This document shows, in pieces, positions 1 through 10,152 of a stretch of DNA of 64,000 bases. A program made the position numbers and the translations under genes. Origin of the DNA: Candidatus Latescibacterota bacterium (GTDB lineage Bacteria; Latescibacterota; CBDEFO01); contig CBDEFO010000006.1 of NCBI GenBank assembly GCA_965237525.1, positions 320,001-384,000 on the forward strand, in the 5' to 3' direction. Below the pieces are notes generated by a model, which saw only the letters and a list, made by a program, of their open reading frames with translations, was not told where the DNA came from and did not search any database. How positions within the stretch are numbered: position 1 is the stretch's first letter; every line of letters starts with the position of its first letter.

Positions 1-1766
1 TCTTCAATTACTTTGAGGTTGCGCGCTGCCTCGCTGTAGTTAGGATCAAGCTTGAGGGCAGTCTGATACGCAATCTGCGCCGATTCTAAATGCCCAAGCC
101 TTGCGTAGCAGCTAGCTATGTTGGACATCGTGACTTTGTCTGTAGGAACTTGTCTGATGCATTCCTCGTACAAATCAATAGCTTTCTCGTACTTTCCGAG
201 CCGGACGCAGATGTTTCCAGATTCTCTGTATATTTCAGCGCTTTGGGGTTCCAACAACACTAACTTATCAATCTGTTCCAGTGTCTCCTGGTGTACCCCC
301 TGGGCGAACTTCAGCTTCACAAGATTGAAACGAGCCCGTTCGTGGTTGGGATTAAGCTCAAGTGCCTTTGAAAATTTCAAATCCGCAGCTTCTTTTTGGC
401 CTTTCATAAGGAGGATGTATCCCCAACCGTTATAGACGTTGGGATTGTCAGGGTTCATCTCTACGGCTTCTTCGTACTGTTTTATTGCCTCATCGAATCT
501 GTTTTCTCTTCTGTACAAATCTCCAAGCTTTACAAAGGTGAAATCATCCGCTATTCCAACTTCTACAGCTCTTTTGAGAACAAGTTGAGCGTTCGGACAG
601 TCCCCTATCTCAATGTAACAAAGAGAAAGACTCTTGTAGAGGTTGAGACACTGGTCGTCCTGGGAAATGACGCTCTTCAGATAATCTATAGCCTTTTCGT
701 AGTCTCCCAAAAGCCGGTAGCACTGACCGACGTTGTTCCTGATAATGCTACCGAATGACCACGTGTGTATGCTGTAGGCGTCGAGGTTTGGATTTTTTTC
801 CGTTCTTTCTCTCTGCCTGAGGAATTCTCGATACATATTTATAGCGTCGTCGTAGCGTTTCTTGTTAAAATAGATACCTCCAAGGGTGAATAGCAGATCG
901 AGGTTTTCAGGGTTATGATTTAAACCTTCTTGACACAGTTCCTCGCCTTTGTCCAAGCGTCCGCTCATAAGGCAGCAGTAGGCTGTGTCGTAGAGGAGCA
1001 TAAGATAAGTTCCTACTGTACCCTCCTCCTTGTACTCCTCATAGGGTTTAAGAGAAAGAGCGTGCATTCCATTTTCGACAACCGTGTTTAACTCTCCTTT
1101 GTTGCGGTAGATTCGATTGAGGTTGTACCAGGCAAACGTGTTTTTGCGATCTTCTTCTATCTGCTTTTCGAGGAGCTTTTTGCTCCTTTCGTATTTGATC
1201 TCCATCTTCTCTTTGGAGAGATTGTAGCCGTAGTGATATATGCGTATCTCCACACGAGCAACGTCTCCTTCGACTATGATCTGATTGTGAACTATGCCTT
1301 CATAGTGGGCTTTGCCTCTCCCGTAGAGCCTCTGGGAATACCCTTTGGAAAGGCCATCTGGCTTATGATTGTATACGGCGACGAAGACTCCGTTGTAGAG
1401 GTCCGAATTGATCGTCCTCCTCAAAAGAGGAATATCTTCCCGTTCAAGCTCCTCGTCTGCATCTATCGTCAGTATCCAGTCACAGGTGGCATACGAAAGA
1501 GAGTGATTTCTGGCCTCTGAAAAGTCATCGTTCCAGGGATGATGATAGACTTTAGCTTTATAGCTTTCGGCTATCTCCACCGTGCGATCTGACGAACCCG
1601 TATCTACAACTATTATCTCGTCCACAGCGTCCTTGATGCTCTCAAGGCATCTGGGCAAAAACTCCTCTGCGTCTTTAACGATCATACAGGCAGATAGAGT
1701 TACCCCAAAAGATGATAAAGAATCTTTCTTCTTTCCTATCTTCTTGACCGGCTTTAGCTCTTTCAT
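1..1766 (-). CDS. GT2 glycosyltransferase with TPR repeats (copy 1, runs off window edge)
   Basis: Direct repeat of 1877-3697 at an offset of 1931 bp. ATG at 1766 gives MKELKPVKKIG...LSACMIVKDAEEFLPRCLESIKDAVDEIIVVDTGS. Absent from the ORF track because the stop lies outside the window. Confidence 0.85.
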   Translation of the reverse strand, partial: MKELKPVKKIGKKKDSLSSFGVTLSACMIVKDAEEFLPRCLESIKDAVDEIIVVDTGSSDRTVEIAESYKAKVYHHPWNDDFSEARNHSLSYATCDWILTIDADEELEREDIPLLRRTINSDLYNGVFVAVYNHKPDGLSKGYSQRLYGRGKAHYEGIVHNQIIVEGDVARVEIRIYHYGYNLSKEKMEIKYERSKKLLEKQIEEDRKNTFAWYNLNRIYRNKGELNTVVENGMHALSLKPYEEYKEEGTVGTYLMLLYDTAYCCLMSGRLDKGEELCQEGLNHNPENLDLLFTLGGIYFNKKRYDDAINMYREFLRQRERTEKNPNLDAYSIHTWSFGSIIRNNVGQCYRLLGDYEKAIDYLKSVISQDDQCLNLYKSLSLCYIEIGDCPNAQLVLKRAVEVGIADDFTFVKLGDLYRRENRFDEAIKQYEEAVEMNPDNPNVYNGWGYILLMKGQKEAADLKFSKALELNPNHERARFNLVKLKFAQGVHQETLEQIDKLVLLEPQSAEIYRESGNICVRLGKYEKAIDLYEECIRQVPTDKVTMSNIASCYARLGHLESAQIAYQTALKLDPNYSEAARNLKVIE

Positions 1767-1876
1767 ACTTTTTATCTTTCTCTTTGTCTATGCATTACGG
1801 CTATATCTAAGTCGATGCCTGAGACAACATACAGGGAGGGGAGGATGTTCCTGCCTACTACCTACTGTTTACTCAT

Positions 1877-3697
1877 TTACGGTGTTGCATCAACTATCTT
1901 CTGTTCGCCGATTCGGTATTTGGCTATGATGTCTTCAATTACTTTGAGGTTGCGCGCTGCCTCGCTGTAGTTAGGATCAAGCTTGAGGGCAGTCTGATAC
2001 GCTATCTGCGCCGATTCTAAATGCCCAAGCCTTGCGTAGCAGCTTGCTATGTTGGACATCGTGACTTTGTTTGTAGGATCTCTCCTGATGCATTCTTCGT
2101 ATAAGTCGATAGCTTTCTCATAGTTTTCGAGCCGGACGCAGATGTTGCCAGTCTCTCTGTAAACTTCAGCACTTTCGGGACCTAAAGACATTAACTTATC
2201 AATCTCTTCCAAAGCCTCGTGGTGCGCCCCTTGGTGGAGTTTCAGCTTCACAAGATTCAGACGAACCCACTGGTGAACGGGATCAAGCTCGAGTGCCTTT
2301 GAAAATTTTAGATCAGCACCCTCTATTTCACCTTTCGTAAGGAGGATGTATCCCCAACCGTTATAGGCGTCGGGATTGTCAGGGTTCATCTCTACGGCTT
2401 TTTCGTACTGTTTTATTGCATCATCGAGTCTATTCTCCTTTATGTATAAATCTCCAAGCTTTACAAAGGTGAAATCATCCGCTATTCCAACTTCTACAGC
2501 TCTTTTGAGAACAAGTTGAGCGTTCGGACAGTCCCCTATCTCAATGTAACAAAGAGAAAGACTCTTGTAGAGGTTGAGACACTGGTCGTCCTGAGAAATG
2601 ACATTCTTCAGATAATCTATAGCCTTTTCGTAGTCTCCCAAAAGCCGGTAGCACTGACCGACGTTGTTCCTGATAATGCTACCGAATGACCACGTGTGTA
2701 TGCTGTAGGCGTCGAGGTTTGGATTTTTTTCCGTTCTTTCTCTCTGCCTGAGGAATTCTCGATACATATTTATAGCGTCGTCGTAGCGTTTCTTGTTAAA
2801 ATAGATACCTCCAAGGGTGAATAGCAGATCGAGGTTTTCAGGGTTATGATTTAAACCTTCTTGACACAGTTCCTCGCCTTTGTCCAAGCGTCCGCTCATA
2901 AGGCAGCAGTAGGCTGTGTCGTAGAGGAGCATAAGATAAGTTCCTACTGTACCCTCCTCCTTGTACTCCTCATAGGGTTTAAGAGAAAGAGCGTGCATTC
3001 CATTTTCGACAACCGTGTTTAACTCTCCTTTGTTGCGGTAGATTCGATTGAGGTTGTACCAGGCAAACGTGTTTTTGCGATCTTCTTCTATCTGCTTTTC
3101 GAGGAGCTTTTTGCTCCTTTCGTATTTGATCTCCATCTTCTCTTTGGAGAGATTGTAGCCGTAGTGATATATGCGTATCTCCACACGAGCAACGTCTCCT
3201 TCGACTATGATCTGATTGTGAACTATGCCTTCATAGTGGGCTTTGCCTCTCCCGTAGAGCCTCTGGGAATACCCTTTGGAAAGGCCATCTGGCTTATGAT
3301 TGTATACGGCGACGAAGACTCCGTTGTAGAGGTCCGAATTGATCGTCCTCCTCAAAAGAGGAATATCTTCCCGTTCAAGCTCCTCGTCTGCATCTATCGT
3401 CAGTATCCAGTCACAGGTGGCATACGAAAGAGAGTGATTTCTGGCCTCTGAAAAGTCATCGTTCCAGGGATGATGATAGACTTTAGCTTTATAGCTTTCG
3501 GCTATCTCCACCGTGCGGTCTGTAGAGCCTGTATCTACAACTATTATCTCGTCCACAGCATCCTTGATGCTCTCAAGACATCTGGGTAAAAACTCCTCTT
3601 CGTTTTTAACGATCATACAGGCAGATAGAGTTGCCCCAAAAGATGATGAGGACTCGTTATTTTCCCCTATCTTCTTAATCGGCTTTACCTTTCGCAT
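1877..3697 (-). CDS. GT2 glycosyltransferase with C-terminal TPR repeats
   Basis: SACMIVKNEE, VVDTGSTD, DFSEARN and IDADE (DxD) motifs, followed by many TPR helices. Confidence 0.9.
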   Translation of the reverse strand: MRKVKPIKKIGENNESSSSFGATLSACMIVKNEEEFLPRCLESIKDAVDEIIVVDTGSTDRTVEIAESYKAKVYHHPWNDDFSEARNHSLSYATCDWILTIDADEELEREDIPLLRRTINSDLYNGVFVAVYNHKPDGLSKGYSQRLYGRGKAHYEGIVHNQIIVEGDVARVEIRIYHYGYNLSKEKMEIKYERSKKLLEKQIEEDRKNTFAWYNLNRIYRNKGELNTVVENGMHALSLKPYEEYKEEGTVGTYLMLLYDTAYCCLMSGRLDKGEELCQEGLNHNPENLDLLFTLGGIYFNKKRYDDAINMYREFLRQRERTEKNPNLDAYSIHTWSFGSIIRNNVGQCYRLLGDYEKAIDYLKNVISQDDQCLNLYKSLSLCYIEIGDCPNAQLVLKRAVEVGIADDFTFVKLGDLYIKENRLDDAIKQYEKAVEMNPDNPDAYNGWGYILLTKGEIEGADLKFSKALELDPVHQWVRLNLVKLKLHQGAHHEALEEIDKLMSLGPESAEVYRETGNICVRLENYEKAIDLYEECIRRDPTNKVTMSNIASCYARLGHLESAQIAYQTALKLDPNYSEAARNLKVIEDIIAKYRIGEQKIVDATP

Positions 3698-3718
3698 GTT
3701 TTTTATCTTTCTCCTTAT

Positions 3719-3925
3719 TTATACATTTATAACTATCTTTTTAGATTGAACCTTATTCTGATTAATATCTTTATAAAACCTTTGTTCCCCCTCTAAAAGT
3801 GCCTTATCAGTTGATCTAAACTCTAATGCTCGTCTGCAACATCTTAACGCCTCAGTAGTATGCCCAAGATTATTAAAACATTCCTTTTGGCGCACCCAGG
3901 GCAACCACGTATAAACACCCGTTTC
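3719..3925 (-). pseudogene. Fragment of a TPR/glycosyltransferase gene
   Basis: VYTWLPW...EALRCCRRALE...KDINQNKVQSKKIVI; the last 12 residues are the same as the start of the fragment at 5709. Confidence 0.5.
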
Positions 3926-4125
3926 TCACCTCCTTAACAGTCTTTTTAGGTCTCTCATATATCTTAGTGGGATCAAAGACTAACTTAAATACAGGATTCG
4001 ATTTAAGTTCTAATGCCACACCACCTGGAACTTTAACTCTATCTCCTTTAGCAGCTTAGCATAACCCTCTAACATAATAGTTCCATCTTTAACAAGACAT
4101 TCAAATTCATATAGTTCCTCCATAT

Positions 4126-4797
4126 CTAACCTCCTCCAGATAAAGTTGGCGGTAAAAGCTCAAATAGTTTCTTTTGTTCTAAAAGATAAACTTGATACTG
4201 ATTTTTACAATCTATTCCATACTTTTGGTACATTAGCACTTCAAGCTGAAATGATCTTAACATCTCTAAAAATGGGTAAAAATATATACTCTCATCAATA
4301 ATCTGTAACTTTTCAGGCCACTGTTTTCGTACATAATCTAAATAATCTGCGTCAGGAATCGTAATAGCTATAATAGTATCATCATGTGACCAATATAATA
4401 ATTGTTTAAATAACTTTCTATGCATTGATAAAGGAATATGTTCAAGCACATCAAACAATGCTATAAGATCAAACTTCTTACAGGCAAGATTTACTTTAAA
4501 TATATCACCACATAGAAACTCTACATCTTTAACAGTCTGTCGAGCATATTCTATGTTGGTCTCACTAATATCAACCGCACAAACTTCATCAACATATTGC
4601 TTCATATACTCTGAAATAATACCAATGCCACAGCCAATCTCTAAAACACTATTTATCTGTTTTATATTTCCAACAAGATCCACAATATTAAATATCGCTT
4701 TATGGCGAGGATTAAGTCGTTCTCTATCCTTCTTTAAATAGGTTACAAAACCATCATAATAAGATTTAACTTCTTCAGTCGTAGGCATAGTAGTCAT
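4126..4797 (-). CDS. Class I SAM-dependent methyltransferase
   Basis: VLEIGCGIG motif I and FDLIALFDVLEHI. Confidence 0.85.
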   Translation of the reverse strand: MTTMPTTEEVKSYYDGFVTYLKKDRERLNPRHKAIFNIVDLVGNIKQINSVLEIGCGIGIISEYMKQYVDEVCAVDISETNIEYARQTVKDVEFLCGDIFKVNLACKKFDLIALFDVLEHIPLSMHRKLFKQLLYWSHDDTIIAITIPDADYLDYVRKQWPEKLQIIDESIYFYPFLEMLRSFQLEVLMYQKYGIDCKNQYQVYLLEQKKLFELLPPTLSGGG

Positions 4798-5709
4798 AAA
4801 CTCAACAGTTTGTCAAGCTTCTTATACATCTTGTTAGCAGAAAACTTCTTTTGTACAAGTTCTCTATAAGACTTCGATCTATAATAGTTACCCGTTGTTT
4901 TCTCAACAAACTCATTAGCATCAGTAAATAATAATTCAGAGGGATATAACTCTTCAGCACCAAGCCACTTATGTACTAATACTTTTATTCCTTTTGCAAG
5001 TGCTTCAGCTACAGCGACAGGACTTCCTTCTACAACAGATGTATTTATTACATAGTCTTTGTCTTCAAGCCACTTATCTATATCTTCTTGATAACCATCA
5101 AAGTGAACTTTATCTTTATAACTATTAACTCTATTCCAGCAAATACTCAGCTATTTCAACTTGCTGGAACTGTCCTGCTATATAAAGCTCCGAATCACTA
5201 TCTTTATCAATCAACCGTTCAAAACAATCAAGAAGTAACGGAATACCCTTTTTCCAATTCAACTGTCCAACAAATGCAAGTTTATGTCCACTTGGCCATC
5301 TATTTCTATAAGAAAACCTGTTAAGTTCTACGCCATGCGGTATAACATGAGCACCACATTGTCTGTTAAGTCCACAATTATTTTCAGCATAATGTTTAAT
5401 CCTGTCGGATACAAATATTATATGATCAAGATTAGTAGTATCAACCTGGTTTAAAAGCCCCTTATGTATCTCATACCTATGTGCCCTACAAACAGTCACT
5501 GCTGGCCACCGAGTCTGTGTTCCGCTTATCGCATTAGCATCAGCCCACTCGAACCAAATTATATCAGCCCATCTAGCATAATCAGAATTATATAATTCAA
5601 TCAATTTAACAATATGCCCTTTGCTTCCCCAATATTGTGCTAAATCCTTAGTAAATGATCCAAAAGCATCAAATATAACTATCTTTTTAGATTGAACCTT
5701 ATTCTGATT
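4794..5709 (-). pseudogene. GT4-type glycosyltransferase, 5'-truncated and frameshifted near 5138
   Basis: ORF 5131-5604 (IPHGV, FVGQLNWKKG) continues in another frame as VHFDGYQEDIDKWL...TSVVEGSPVAVAEALAKG to a stop at 4794. Confidence 0.75.
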
Positions 5710-5712
5710 TAA

Positions 5713-7231
5713 AAGCCTTGTGAAAAACCCTTAGATTCAGAAAATAGTATAAAACAAGCATTGATAAAGCAGCTCCGATGTATTATATTATGTTATTGAT
5801 AATATTATACATGGAGGAAACAATGACCCCACAAAAGCAGGAACAGACAAATCCGATGTTTCACTATTTTCAGATGGAGGATTTAGTTCCCGAGGATCAT
5901 ATCCTTCGTCAGATTGATGAGGCAGTTGATTTTTCATTTGTACGAGACGTTGTATCAGATTGTTATTGCCCTGACAATGGCAGACCCGGTATTGATCCTG
6001 AATTAGTTGTTCGAATGATCCTTATTGGCTATCTGTATAATTTGAGTGAGAATCGGCTCTGTCAGGAAGTGGGGATGCATGCGGCATATCGGTTGTTTTG
6101 TCATCAGACATTTGATGATGCGGTTCCGGATAGGAGCACGATCAACAAGCTTCGCAATCACAAGTGGGCATCCAGTGGGTTGTTTGAACGGATAATGCGT
6201 CAGGTAGTCCAGTGTTGCATAGATGTCGGTCTTGTGAGCGGTAAACACCTTAGTGTCGACGGCACTCAGATACAAGCTGATGCTTCAGTGAAAAGTATTG
6301 AGCCGATAGAACCCCCTGTTTCTCTTGATGATTATCTCAAGGGAATCGGTTTTGAAGGTGATAAGACAAAGGGTAGGTCCGGGCATCCTCAGGATAAAGA
6401 CTTTCATGGTGAAAAGTGGACGAACCAAACACACCGTTCGACTACAGACCCCGACGCGCGCTTATACAGCAAATCGAAGGGCAAAGGGGCTTTTCTCTCG
6501 TTTATGGGCCATGATCTGATCGACACAAAAAGCAGAGTAATCCTTGAGACTCAGGGCACGCAGGCGACAGGGACAGCAGAGCCCGAAAGTGCCCTTAAGA
6601 TGGTAGATGACCTTGAAACATACACCATGCCCAAAGACATTCAGACACTTAGTGCCGATACCGGTTACGGTTCTGGTAATTTTATCGCTGATGTACTTGA
6701 CCGGGGAATCATACCCCATATTCCTCTGCGAGCCGATGAGAAGATTGAACCGATTCCTACATGGAAAAACAAGACAAATTCAGCACATATTCAGGCCGAA
6801 CGGGATAGAAAAGTGCGAGAGGCGAAAGCCAGAAATCATGCACGGTCTATCTCATTAACAGCTGACTACAAACTCTCCCGGAGACTCCGTAAACGCAGTG
6901 AACATATCTTTGCTGAAGCCAGGCAACAACACGGTATGGGACGAGCCCGTTACAGAGGACTAGCCTCACTGAATGAACAGTTGAATCTTGTTGCAACAGT
7001 ACAGAATCTCAAGAGGCTTGTATCTTTCATAAGAAGGGGGAAAGCGTCTATGTGTGCCCTGTCTGTCAAAGACAGTGCATCCTGTTCTTCAAACAGCTCC
7101 TGTTCCTTGCTGACCAGAACTCTGATAAGACTATTTTGCTTATTCCACAGCAAAACGATACGATATGCTACTCTTTGACCCATAATCGGCGCTTCAGACG
7201 CTGCCTGGGACATAACTATTTCACAAGGCTT
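5713..7231 (+). mobile_element. IS1182-family insertion sequence, copy 1 (1519 bp)
   Basis: 13-bp perfect terminal IRs AAGCCTTGTGAAA, TTAA on both sides (5709-5712, 7232-7235), near-identical copies elsewhere in the window. Confidence 0.92.
5778..7178 (+). CDS. IS1182-family transposase (likely start ATG 5823 after GGAGG)
   Basis: DUF772-like GRPGIDPE...PDRSTI, VDGTQIQADAS, ADTGYG, EHIFAEARQQHG.RARYRG. Confidence 0.9.
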   Translation: MYYIMLLIILYMEETMTPQKQEQTNPMFHYFQMEDLVPEDHILRQIDEAVDFSFVRDVVSDCYCPDNGRPGIDPELVVRMILIGYLYNLSENRLCQEVGMHAAYRLFCHQTFDDAVPDRSTINKLRNHKWASSGLFERIMRQVVQCCIDVGLVSGKHLSVDGTQIQADASVKSIEPIEPPVSLDDYLKGIGFEGDKTKGRSGHPQDKDFHGEKWTNQTHRSTTDPDARLYSKSKGKGAFLSFMGHDLIDTKSRVILETQGTQATGTAEPESALKMVDDLETYTMPKDIQTLSADTGYGSGNFIADVLDRGIIPHIPLRADEKIEPIPTWKNKTNSAHIQAERDRKVREAKARNHARSISLTADYKLSRRLRKRSEHIFAEARQQHGMGRARYRGLASLNEQLNLVATVQNLKRLVSFIRRGKASMCALSVKDSASCSSNSSCSLLTRTLIRLFCLFHSKTIRYATL

Positions 7232-7452
7232 TTAAAGTAGTCCCCTTCCAAACCTTTTTCCAGCGGATCGGATTCAAGCACTGTTGAATTCATAGTCTCA
7301 AGCAGATAGAAGACGAATATAGACTCGAAGTCCTTTGAGATTTTCTGAAGCTTCAAATCGTCTGCATCGGCTTTTTGAGGTGCGTCTCTTTGAACAGAGC
7401 GCGATATGGGCTTGAACGTGGACGTTGTATCTGAAATCGGGATAAAAGGCAT
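7232..7452 (-). pseudogene. flgJ: FlgJ-like rod-binding protein, truncated at the IS1182 copy
   Basis: KLQKISKDFESIFVFYLLETM motif directly downstream of flgI; ends at DYFK at the IS boundary. Confidence 0.75.
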
Positions 7453-7472
7453 AGCGTTTAGGTTTCCATACT

Positions 7473-8591
7473 TTACATTATCACAAGTTGGGCATTAAGG
7501 GCTCCGGCCTCTTTGAGCGCTTGGAAGATGGCTATTATATCCCTAGGAGTAACTCCCAGGGCGTTAAGGGCTTTTGCCACGTCGCTGACGTCTGCGGTCT
7601 CCTCTATGATTATCATTTCGGCTATTTCCGTGGTGACGTATGCCTCTGTCTCGCGCTCAACGACAGTCTCTCCCGCCGAGAACGGAGCGGGCTGGGAGAT
7701 TATGGGCCGCGCACTGATCTCTATGGTAATGTTGCCGTGCGAGACAGCGACTGTGGATATTTTTACGTTTTCTCCGACAGCAATGGTCCCTGTCCTTTCG
7801 TTTATTACGACCCTTGCGACCACGTCAGGCGTTATATTCACAGCTTCGATGGAGGCTATAAATTCCACGAATCTACCAGGCTGTTGATATTCACCGGGAA
7901 CGGCGACAAGTATCGTGGCCGGATCCTGAGCCTGGGCTATTGTATTTCCAAATCTATCGTCTATGGCTTCTGCAGCGCGCAACGAAGTGGTAAAATCGGG
8001 CAGTCTGAGCACAATTTCCAGACTCTCATTGGGAGACAACACAAATGGAAGGTCGCTCTCTAACATCGCTCCGTTGGGGACCCGGCCGACGAGCGGATGG
8101 TTCTTTCGGATGCTGCTTCCACCCTCGGTCTCAACGCTGAAGGCCCCGACGGATATCGATCCTTGGGCGTTGCCGTAGAATAGTCCACCAGATCCCGTTA
8201 GCGGCGTCAAAAGAAGAGTGCCGCCCTCCAGGCTCGTGGCGTCCCCTAAGGAGGAAACGACAACGTCGAACGTACTCCCTTCCTTTGCAAAGGGCGAAAG
8301 CTTAGCAGTTACTATCACCGAAGCTACGTTATCTAACCCCGACCTCACTTTGTCCTGAGGCACGTTTATACTGAACCTTTTGAGCATGTTGACGACGGAC
8401 TGTTTGGTAAAGATGGTTCTTTGTCCGTCTCCTGTGCCGTTGAGACCGACTACTATCCCATACCCGATAAGCTGGAGTTCTTTAAATCCCTTTATCTCGG
8501 CTATGTCCTTTATTCTGACCTGCGCTGAGACGGAGTTCTGTGTACCAATCAAGAGAACGAATAGAACAAACGGCGCTATTCTATTTAACAT
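7473..8591 (-). CDS. flgI: Flagellar P-ring protein
   Basis: RIKDIA, QLIGYGIVVGLNGTGD, SSLGDATSLEGGTLLLTPL, VVINERTGTI, QALKEAGALNAQL; signal peptide from ATG 8591. Confidence 0.96.
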   Translation of the reverse strand: MLNRIAPFVLFVLLIGTQNSVSAQVRIKDIAEIKGFKELQLIGYGIVVGLNGTGDGQRTIFTKQSVVNMLKRFSINVPQDKVRSGLDNVASVIVTAKLSPFAKEGSTFDVVVSSLGDATSLEGGTLLLTPLTGSGGLFYGNAQGSISVGAFSVETEGGSSIRKNHPLVGRVPNGAMLESDLPFVLSPNESLEIVLRLPDFTTSLRAAEAIDDRFGNTIAQAQDPATILVAVPGEYQQPGRFVEFIASIEAVNITPDVVARVVINERTGTIAVGENVKISTVAVSHGNITIEISARPIISQPAPFSAGETVVERETEAYVTTEIAEMIIIEETADVSDVAKALNALGVTPRDIIAIFQALKEAGALNAQLVIM

Positions 8592-8688
8592 AGGGATAGT
8601 TACCTTCCTTTTAGTTAGCCAGAGTAAGTAGGTTAGATAGTAGGTTCGAGCATCTCCTTCCAACGCTGTGCCCACTTCTCAGAACGGT

Positions 8689-9327
8689 TTAGAATATCCA
8701 GTTGATGAGCCTTATGAGAATTCCGGGCCTCTGACCAGAGTTGACTGTACCTTTACCTTCGTAGTGAATCCGAGCGTCGGCGATGTTGAACGAAAAAACT
8801 GTATTATCAACGGTTATGTCCTGGGGTCTTACGATCCCAGATAGAACTATCGTCTCTAACTCACCGTTTACTCCGACTTCTCTGGTTCCTTCGACTGCCA
8901 GGTCCCCGTTTGGACTTACGTCGACCACTCTGACGGGGATTGTAGCTTTAAGATCGCCCTTCCGGCTCGTCGAGCCATCGCCTGAATATTCCTGTCTGGA
9001 GCTCGTATTCGTCTTAAGTCCGAACAGTGGTATAAAGTTCAGAGAGCTCTCTTCACCCGTGCCTCCAGACGAAAGATTAAACTCTTTTTTGTTAGAGGTA
9101 GCAGCCTGCTTTGAGGCACTGGCTGATTCCACGATTAAGACTGTGAGTATATCTCCGACCCTATGGGACTTATGATCGGAAAAGAGGGACATAGCACCGC
9201 TGGCAGTGGATGCTCCACTCGGTTCTGGCTGTTCCATCTGAGCCGCTGCGTAGTCTGCTACACCATGCACAAGAAACCAGGCAAATAACGCTAAGATAAA
9301 TATCTTGTTATATCTGAAAATAGACAT
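8689..9327 (-). CDS. flgH: Flagellar L-ring protein
   Basis: SLFSD...VGDILTVLIVE, LSGIVRPQDI...IADARIHYEGKG; position in the operon. Confidence 0.94.
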   Translation of the reverse strand: MSIFRYNKIFILALFAWFLVHGVADYAAAQMEQPEPSGASTASGAMSLFSDHKSHRVGDILTVLIVESASASKQAATSNKKEFNLSSGGTGEESSLNFIPLFGLKTNTSSRQEYSGDGSTSRKGDLKATIPVRVVDVSPNGDLAVEGTREVGVNGELETIVLSGIVRPQDITVDNTVFSFNIADARIHYEGKGTVNSGQRPGILIRLINWIF

Positions 9328-10152
9328 GTGGAGTCCTTTCCTTTTGAAGTCTTGAAATATTCACTTTTTTCTCTGCCATAAGTATCCATACCTGTGCGGA
9401 GGACTTTATTAGGTGCACCTTTCACCTTGATGCTCACTGATTGACCAAAACGGTGCTAGGGTCTTTTATTCTTCCGGTTATCTGTCTACCTGAATCTACA
9501 TTCTTGATCATAATCATATCCCCTTTGCGTCCACTCTGTTTCGCCTTTCCAACCCCTGTGGCCTTCACGCCCTCCAAATGAGCTACTATATTGACTATAT
9601 CTCCCCTTTCGATCAAATTAGGGAGATCAATCATATCCGTCCTAATGGACGCTCCGGGGTTTACTATTCTCTTTGTCTTCTTGCCGTATATCTCACTTGA
9701 CTCTGTAACAAGGCTGCCGGACAGATTCGTAGTTTCAAGTCTTTCCCTACGTATATCGTCAGGAACTAGGATATGTCCTCTGCCCAGTCGCTTTTTGGCG
9801 ACAAAGACGTAATCGAATGTTCTAAACTTTAAGGAGACGGGTATCCTCCTGGTGTAGCGGCCATCGTCCGACTTCACAGTGATGTAAGCTACTGCAGAAC
9901 CTCTCCGTTCCAACATTCGCGGAAGTGTTACCTCCGCCCGGGATCCATCAGGAACCTTTATACTTTGAGGCACATATCGAAACTCTATAATCAAGTCGTC
10001 TCTACTCTTACCAGATAGCTCATATACAACATTTTCTATCCTCTCTTTTGTCTGATCTGAAGTCAGTACTTCCAGGGCGCACTCTGCACTTTGAACCATC
10101 AAAAACAACCCAATGAAAGCTACAGAAAAGGCAAGTAGAAAGTAGGTGGTAG

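Noticed and set aside
118..1929. Plus-strand ORFs 118-435, 396-758, 1233-1520 and 1582-1929, and other antisense or overlapping short ORFs
   Set aside because: They are shadow frames of well-supported genes on the opposite strand or inside IS elements.
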